NCBI GenBank assembly: GCA_012295275.1
Contig: CM022675.1
Span: 10,664,001-10,728,000, forward strand
Length of the DNA: 64,000 nucleotides
Origin: Chrysomallon squamiferum
Lineage: Eukaryota > Animalia > Mollusca
Reading direction: 5' to 3'
Below the pieces are notes generated by a model, which saw nothing but the letters and a program-made list of their open reading frames with translations, ran no database searches and was not told the origin of the DNA. Shown here one piece after another: positions 56,080 through 64,000 of the stretch. The stretch's first letter is position 1. Each line of letters opens with the position of its first letter. The position numbers were made by a program, and so were the translations under genes.

Positions 56080-56080
<1 letters not shown>

Positions 56081-56476
56081 TATTAATGGAATGTCAACAT
56101 TTATTCTGGTTGTCATATGAATATTATCATAATTTATTATAATGAAGTTAATATGACTTCATTGAAGAAATCTATCTCATTCCGACAAGTCTATTTTATA
56201 ATTAATAATAATAAAATAACAAAAAAGAGGTCCTCCTGTAAATTGATTTTGGAATAAATGTTTGGATTAAATGTTACAAAATACTTACAAATAAAAAAAA
56301 TAAAATAAAATAAAGTAATGTAAAGTAAAGTAAAGTAAAATAAAATAAAATAAAATAAAATAAAATGAAGTAAAATAAAATAAAATAAAATAAAGTAAAG
56401 TAAAATAAAAATAAAATTGGTACATAAATAAATAAATAAATAAATTACTCTGTATCATTCTTATTTTTTAGAAAAA

Positions 56477-56524
<48 letters not shown>

Positions 56525-57014
56525 TGCTACTATTTTCATGAATGAATGAAAACATAAATTTATAAAATAATAAATCAGTTTAACAGATATATAAATTTGC
56601 AAATGCATGAATCATATGTAACTATATACATGAAAACAAAACAGAGTTTATCAATTAAAATAAAATTTTAAAAAAGTAGTGAAAAATAAAATTATAAATT
56701 GAAGTAACAATAAAATTAAAACCAAGAAAAAAGAATGAAATCAAATGATATGAAAGAAATTAAAAAAAGGAAATAAAAGTTTTAAATGTGAAAAAAAAAG
56801 AGAAAAAAGTAAATTAAATAAAATAAATATAATGGAATAAATGTCACAGTGAAATAACATAAAACAGAAAAACAGAAAAATCTACAGTTACAATATTTTA
56901 TTCCAAATCTTTATTTATTTTATATCAGTCTTAACATGTTTTAATTTGTTATTTATTATATAATTTTTTAATGATTTTAAACTTTTATTTACTTTTTAAT
57001 AATATTAAGCGATT

Positions 57015-57045
<31 letters not shown>

Positions 57046-57129
57046 TTTTATCTTTACAGATTTTAATTTTTATTTGTTTTATAATTTACAAAAATAAAAT
57101 TCAAATTGATGCTATCATCATTATCATCT

Positions 57130-57425
<296 letters not shown>

Positions 57426-58004
57426 GGGGGGAAAACCAAAAAAAAAGAAAAAACTAAAAGAAGCTAAAACTATCTTCATATCCATTTCAGCAACGAGAGA
57501 AACTGACACATTTATTAGCCCGGAGAACAACGACTCTCTCTCAGTTCGTTTTTCACGAGAATCTTCCGCCGCGAAATTCTCGCTGCCCCCGACGGAAAAA
57601 AAACGAAAAACGAACAAAAATAAAAAATGTATTATTGTCCGCGAGAAGATCGTAAGTGTTACGACTTGGAGAACGACTACGACAAAGCGCTTTATTGCCA
57701 ATATCGAGCAATCAAAGCCGAGTTAGGAGCCGCTTACTAAATGACCATAGCATAAAAAAAAAACCTAGGGATTCACAAACCAGCGCAATAAAACTCCGCG
57801 ATTCTTATCGGTTTTCCAGCTTCACGGCGCTTTACAGACGACCGGTTTTTTTTTTTTTTATGGTCGTAGGGGTAAAAATGAAATATATTACCTTTCACGA
57901 ACTGCTTCGAGTATCATCACTCGTCGCTTTTACTCACTGCAAGTCGAAAATGATAACTAAAAATGTTTGCTGGTGAAAAGTTACAAAACACGGCCACGCG
58001 AGTG

Positions 58005-58139
58005 TCAGTTCAGTCACGTGGTTTGTGTTCGGTCGGTTCGGGGTGAGGGGAAGGGAGGGGGAGGTTGGGTTTGCGAAATTTACAAGTTGTATATTGACTT
58101 CGTGTGGACAAGAGTCGATATTATTTATTGCAGGTGAGA
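58005..58139 (+). promoter_or_regulatory. Candidate Inr/DPE-like core promoter with short first exon
   Basis: TCAGTT/TCAGTC at 58005 and 58010. TCGGTTCG at 58033, with GGTTC at +29, 1 nt off the Drosophila canon. Donor CAG|GTGAGA at 58133/58134. Confidence 0.35.
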
Positions 58140-59043
58140 TTTTGTAATATTACTTAAAAGAAAAGAAGAACAGTAATAAAAGAAAATAACAAAGAAAAAA
58201 AAAGAAATGTATTTACTTATTTATTGTTTTAATTAATAACATTTATTTATTTACTTATTTATTGATTTAATTAATAACATTTATTTATTTATTTATTTAT
58301 TGATTTAATTTTATTTATTTATTTATTTATTATCATTATTTATTTATTTAATTATTTTATTTTATTTAATTTAATTTTATTTGCTTTGTTTTATATTTTT
58401 TGGTGGTTTACTGTTTTCGAAATGTTTAGCTAGATCGAAAATATTGTGAATGCATGTGCTAAATATAATATGTAGATATAAAATGAACAGAAATGTATAT
58501 GTATGTATAGATTACAAAAAATAAATAAACGCCTAATCACCCAAAAGATAAGCCAAATATTTAAGTAAGAAAATATGGATAAACTAGCAGAAATATTAAG
58601 CAAATAAACATACAAATATGTTGCAATAATAATAAATAAATAAATAAATAAGTAAAATAAATAAATAAATAAATAAATAAATACAAATAAATACAAATAA
58701 GTAAACAAATAAATAAATAAATATAATAAATAAATAAAAATAAATATAAATAAGTAAATAAATAAATAAAAATAAATAAATAAATAAATGCATGTGTTTA
58801 TAGATAATAATAATAATAATAATAATAATAATATTAATAATAATAAAATAAATAAGTAAATAAACACATAAATAAGCTAATTTAATAAATAAATATTTTT
58901 ATAGGTAATAATAATAACAATAATAAATTAATAGTAGTAACAACAAAAAATAACAATGAAAGAAATAAGTAAATAAATACATAAGAAACCCCAACAACAA
59001 CAACATCAACACCAACAAATAAATAAATTAACAAATAAGTCAA

Positions 59044-59078
<35 letters not shown>

Positions 59079-59844
59079 ATTAATAAATAACAACAGTCAT
59101 AAAACCAAGGACAATATAACAACAAAACACAACGGGCTAATTTTGTTCAGTTATTTACTACTTTCAGATATTTTGAAATAAGAATGTAATTAAATAAATA
59201 ACGTAATTATTTACTCTTTTTTTATTGTATTCTTTTTTTCTTTTGTTCTTTAAACTTTCAAAAATTCGTTGTATTATACCATTAAAATTTATCTTTATCG
59301 TATAAATTGTCATCTTTAAATATATGTATTTATGAACTTCTGCTGCTGTGATTTATATATATACATAATTACATACATATATAGGTGTTTATTTCTGTTT
59401 ATTACACACACACATACACACACACGAAGACACACACACAAACAATAACAATAACAATAAATTATCCAGAAAATTATGACACTATATTTTACTATTGCAT
59501 TATTTTATCAAAAACACGTTAAAGAAAAAAGTGATGACGTTAAAGGGAATAAATTCAGTTAAATATCGTTTTAAAACGGCAACATTTATGACCAAGGAAA
59601 TAAAAATGCCAGATTAGAGCTATAATATAAAAGTGCCAAACAAGACATAAATTTATCTAAACACTATTTCAAGCATTTGACTTTTATAAATATATATTTT
59701 TTTTATTATGTATTTTTGAGATTATAGATACACAGAACTGCAAAAAACCTCGCCCTATATTTCTGTATCTGTATCGACCTTTTACAAATAAATATATCAT
59801 GTTAGAAATAACAATAATTTTAATAATAACCATAATATTAATAG

Positions 59845-59902
59845 TAATAATAATAATAACAATAAATTAATAATAATAATGATAATAATAATAATAATAA
59901 TG

Positions 59903-59937
<35 letters not shown>

Positions 59938-60080
59938 TGTAATAATAGTAATAATAATAATAAAATAATCATAATAATGATGATAATGATAATAATAACA
60001 ATAATAATAATAATAATAACAGTAACATTAATAATAACAATAACAACAACAACAATAATAATAATAATAATAATAATAAA
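59845..60080. repeat. (AAT)n degenerate tract
   Basis: Seen directly. Confidence 0.92.
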
Positions 60081-60479
60081 AGTAAATAGATAAATAAATA
60101 AATAAGTAATAATTATTTAAAAGTATCGTAAAAAATATATAATGAAATTAGTAAAGTTTTCTTAGATATTATAAAGAACACATTAAATGTAACCGCAAAA
60201 GTCATAAAGGAAATGAGTTAATTTAATTAAATGCATTAAATTAATTTAGAGCAAAAAGACAGCTTAGCAGTGAACTTGTTAAAATATAGTTAAAGAAAAA
60301 TGATTTTAATATATTTTAATTCATTAGGCAGGTTATTTATTTGTTTCTTTTTATGTTTGTTTATTTGCTTAATTAATTAATTATTTTACTTTATTTAATT
60401 AGATTTATTTACTTATTTATTTATTTATTTAATTATTTATTTATTTATGTATTTATTATTACTATTATTATCATTACTT

Positions 60480-60480
<1 letters not shown>

Positions 60481-60557
<77 letters not shown>
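60481..60557. repeat. (TAC)n microsatellite
   Basis: Seen directly. Confidence 0.95.
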
Positions 60558-61436
60558 ATTCTACTACTACTGCTACTACTATTATTTGTACTAGTATGAT
60601 ATTAATTATTTGGAAATTTATTTTTACTGTAACTGGAGATTTTATTTATTCAAAATGAATAAAATGAAAATTCATAGTATAATGTTTTATTAAATATTTT
60701 AACTGCTTAAAAAATCTTTGAAATATTATACATTACATTTGCAAAGAAATAACCTATTTAATTTTATACTAATTATTATATAAAATATGTAATCGAATAA
60801 TTAAGATGCATAGTAATATTTTAAAAATAAGAATTAAATTTGGTGTGTAAAATTAGGTTGTTTTTTTGTTTGATTTTAATGGTTTATTACATGAACAGAA
60901 ATTAAAAATGGCCGAAAATTATTAATTTAAAATCTTTTAAGTTAATGCATAGAAATAAAGTATTTCATTATAATAAATTTTTCATGATAACCTAGCTTTT
61001 GATAATATTTTTTTTTTTAGTTAAAATAGTATAACATATAAATGATATAAAATGTAATAAAAATAAATGAATAAATAAAATAAAATAAAATAATTAAATA
61101 AGTAAATAAATAAATAAATAAATAAATAAAGAAATAAATAAAGAAAACGGGAATAAAGAAAAATAATCTGTAAATATGTTAAAATATATTATATTATATA
61201 ATATAATAACATAACAAAAAAATGAACGCGAATAATAAAATAGAAACATTAAATTCTTACAAAAGAAACCGCCCTTCCCCATCATCTTCGAAAAATAAAA
61301 TTTAAAAATTAAAAAAAAAAAGAAAAAAAAAAGAAAAAAAAAAAAGGAAAAAAAAAGAGAAAGAAATTAAATGAACGAAAATCGTTCACATACTTAAACA
61401 ACAGATACGAAATTCTGTTCAAGGTTACGCTTATTT

Positions 61437-61449
61437 ACAGCGCCATCTA
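61437..61449 (-). promoter_or_regulatory. CTCF-like core motif TAGATGGCGCTGT
   Basis: Reverse complement of ACAGCGCCATCTA. It matches the bilaterian CTCF core (YAGRKGGCGC). Confidence 0.45.
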
Positions 61450-61479
61450 TCATTCTCATTTTTAAAAACACGGCAGAGC

Positions 61480-62000
61480 CATGTGCATGTTTCCGCAGCC
61501 GCACAACATTTCACATCACTGTCTCAGCTTGGCAGATTTCCTCCTTTGAATTTTTCCCATTATTCAAACGAGCTCCGCTTTGAAGGGAGACCACTCCACC
61601 TTTGCGCGCTCCCGTATTACGTAATCCGCAATCAGATAACGTCAGAAGCAACAAATCTGTATCAGCGACGTCGAATCTCGCCCGCCCCAATCTGTCATCT
61701 GATTGGCCGAAAGCAACAAATCACGCGCCTATCTCTGACACTGCAGTATGCTAATTTGCGCGCGCCATGTCAACGTACCGGGAAGCCGTCACTGCTGGCA
61801 TTTACCTCGCTAATATTTAAACAATTTCTGACCAGTGGTGATTGAGGCTCGCAGAGCCTCGATTCAACGCTCGGCCAATCAATCATGGGCAGCGAGCGCA
61901 CGTGGCCCGGTGCAAAGTGACCACTTCTGAAGACCGCTGGCACTGGTCAGTTTCAAAGAGTGACCCCTTGTGTTCCTGCGCGTGCAGCCACTTAGATAAT
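61480..62000. promoter_or_regulatory. CpG-rich promoter-like island (GC box, three CCAAT boxes, E-box)
   Basis: CCGCCCC at 61682, CCAAT at 61687 and 61875, CTGATTGG at 61699, CACGTG at 61899. Confidence 0.5.
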
Positions 62001-62378
62001 GAAAATGAAAGCACCTTTTGAAGATGGACTCCGAGCTGATAAACACTGAAGCGCAAATATAATTTGTAATGAATTGTTTTACAAATAAAATATTTGTTGT
62101 GTTTATGTCCTCCATCATTTCGAGCTCGTATTATTTATTGTGTGCGTGTGTGTATACATACATACATACACACACATACATATCTGTATACACTCTCTTC
62201 TTCTCTGCCTCTTACGCACGCACGCACGCACGCACACAGACAACATAATAACAAAGAACATTATAGTCTTTATATATTTACGTCGTAATAATTATTTTAC
62301 TATTGCATTTTGATGCTATTATTAGTCTTTTTAAAATACAAACGACAACAAAAATATTAACGCAAATAAAATCAAAAG

Positions 62379-62606
62379 CAAGTAAATACGTAAGTAAAGT
62401 AAAGTACTAAGTTAAAAAAAAAAGAGATTGAATAATAGAAATAATATCAAAGGTAAATAAATAAATAAAATAGTAAGCAAGTTAGTGAGTGAATCAAGTA
62501 AATACGTAAGTAAAGTAAAGTAGTAAGTAAAAAGTAAAGAGATATAATAATAGAAATAATATCTAAAGTCAATAAATAAGTAAAATAGTAAGCAAGTTAG
62601 TGAGTG
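62379..62606 (+). repeat. 116-bp tandem duplication, 2 copies
   Basis: CAAGTAAATACGTAAGTAAAGTAAAGTA starts at 62379 and 62495. Both copies end in TAGTAAGCAAGTTAGTGAGTG. Confidence 0.9.
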
Positions 62607-63197
62607 TATGAATGAATAAATAAATAAATGAATGAATGAATGAATGAATGAATGAATAAATAAATAAATCAATAAATAAATAAATAAATAAATAAATATT
62701 AATAATAACAACATAAATACAATCCCCCACGAAGTATAAATGCACTAGAAGTCTCTATTCGTTACAACGGACATCTTTCAAATTAGTAAAACAAAGATTA
62801 CACAAGCTCTCAATTAGCTTGCTCTAAACGACCATCTTGGCGAAGCGGCTTAAGTTTTATCGCGGTTTAAAGATCAAAATAATCCATGGGTTGCCATCTT
62901 TTTTTCTTTTTTTCCCCCCCTCATCATTAAGTCCGACCATAAATAACGCGCACCGTTCACTTTCGAGGATCGAGACTGACAAGTTAGTTGATTTTCTAAG
63001 TTATTCTGCCGATAGTTTTATGCATTTTGCAAAGCGTATCCATGTAACATGCATATTCGTGAAGCAAAGAAAGCTTCATGAAACATAAAACGCGATTAAA
63101 ATAGCATTAAGTGCTTAGCATCGACAACATGGACTCCGTTACAGTACCTTAAAATGCATTCCTTGTATTTCCAAAAAAATAACAAATAACAAGAACA

Positions 63198-63230
<33 letters not shown>

Positions 63231-63396
63231 AAAAATAAAAAAAGAAGAAGAATAACAACAACAAACAACTACAAAAAAACCCACACAAAAACAACAAAAA
63301 AATAAATAAATAAAAGAAAAGAAAATAAACAAACAAAAAACAAAACAAAAAACAACAAAACAAAAACAAAACAAACACAACAAAAAAGAAAAGAAA

Positions 63397-63463
<67 letters not shown>

Positions 63464-63834
63464 GAAAGAAATATTTTTGTGTTCATTGGTAGAAGAATCA
63501 AATTAAACTAATATATATACATATATATAAATATATACAGACATATGTATATAAGTATATTGTATGTGAGGGATATCATATAAATTAATCAGAGAAAAAA
63601 CATTTTTATATTCATATAATAATTTGATAAAGTCACTAAAGAATTAACTATTAGGATCCATTCATGTACATAATTTATGTGACTGAAGAATACGAATTCT
63701 AAAATTCTGGAATTATAATAATTGTGAGGATTTAAACTCTGAATAATCGAGACAGTTCTGATAATTTTTATATAGAAGTAATTTGTTACTGTGAAAATTC
63801 TGAATACGCTTTAAAAAGAGAATAACGATTTTAG

Positions 63835-64000
<166 letters not shown>

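Overview
Eukaryotic (metazoan-type), very AT-rich, microsatellite-saturated non-coding DNA. The composition resembles cephalopod or decapod genomes, but this taxon guess is inference only. No complete gene, RNA gene, CRISPR array or autonomous mobile element is supportable, and the supplied ORFs are nearly all microsatellite/homopolymer translations. The main structure is a ~13 kb segment present twice (20016-32815 and 33016-46033) on either side of a 200-N gap, most likely two haplotypes left in tandem by the assembly. About 20 short GC/CpG-rich islands sit in the repeat background and carry recognisable cis-motifs: a perfect DR1, paired CCAAT boxes, TALE-Hox, E-box, CTCF-like and Inr/DPE-like sites. 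This fits a regulatory gene desert or a giant intron. The most unusual elements are a 10-unit degenerate array with a palindromic core and a compensatory change (15.6-16.35 kb), a 1.4 kb strand-biased GGA-rich tract, two well-bounded candidate small exons, and a hAT-Charlie-like MITE end. No new biological system can be claimed from sequence alone.
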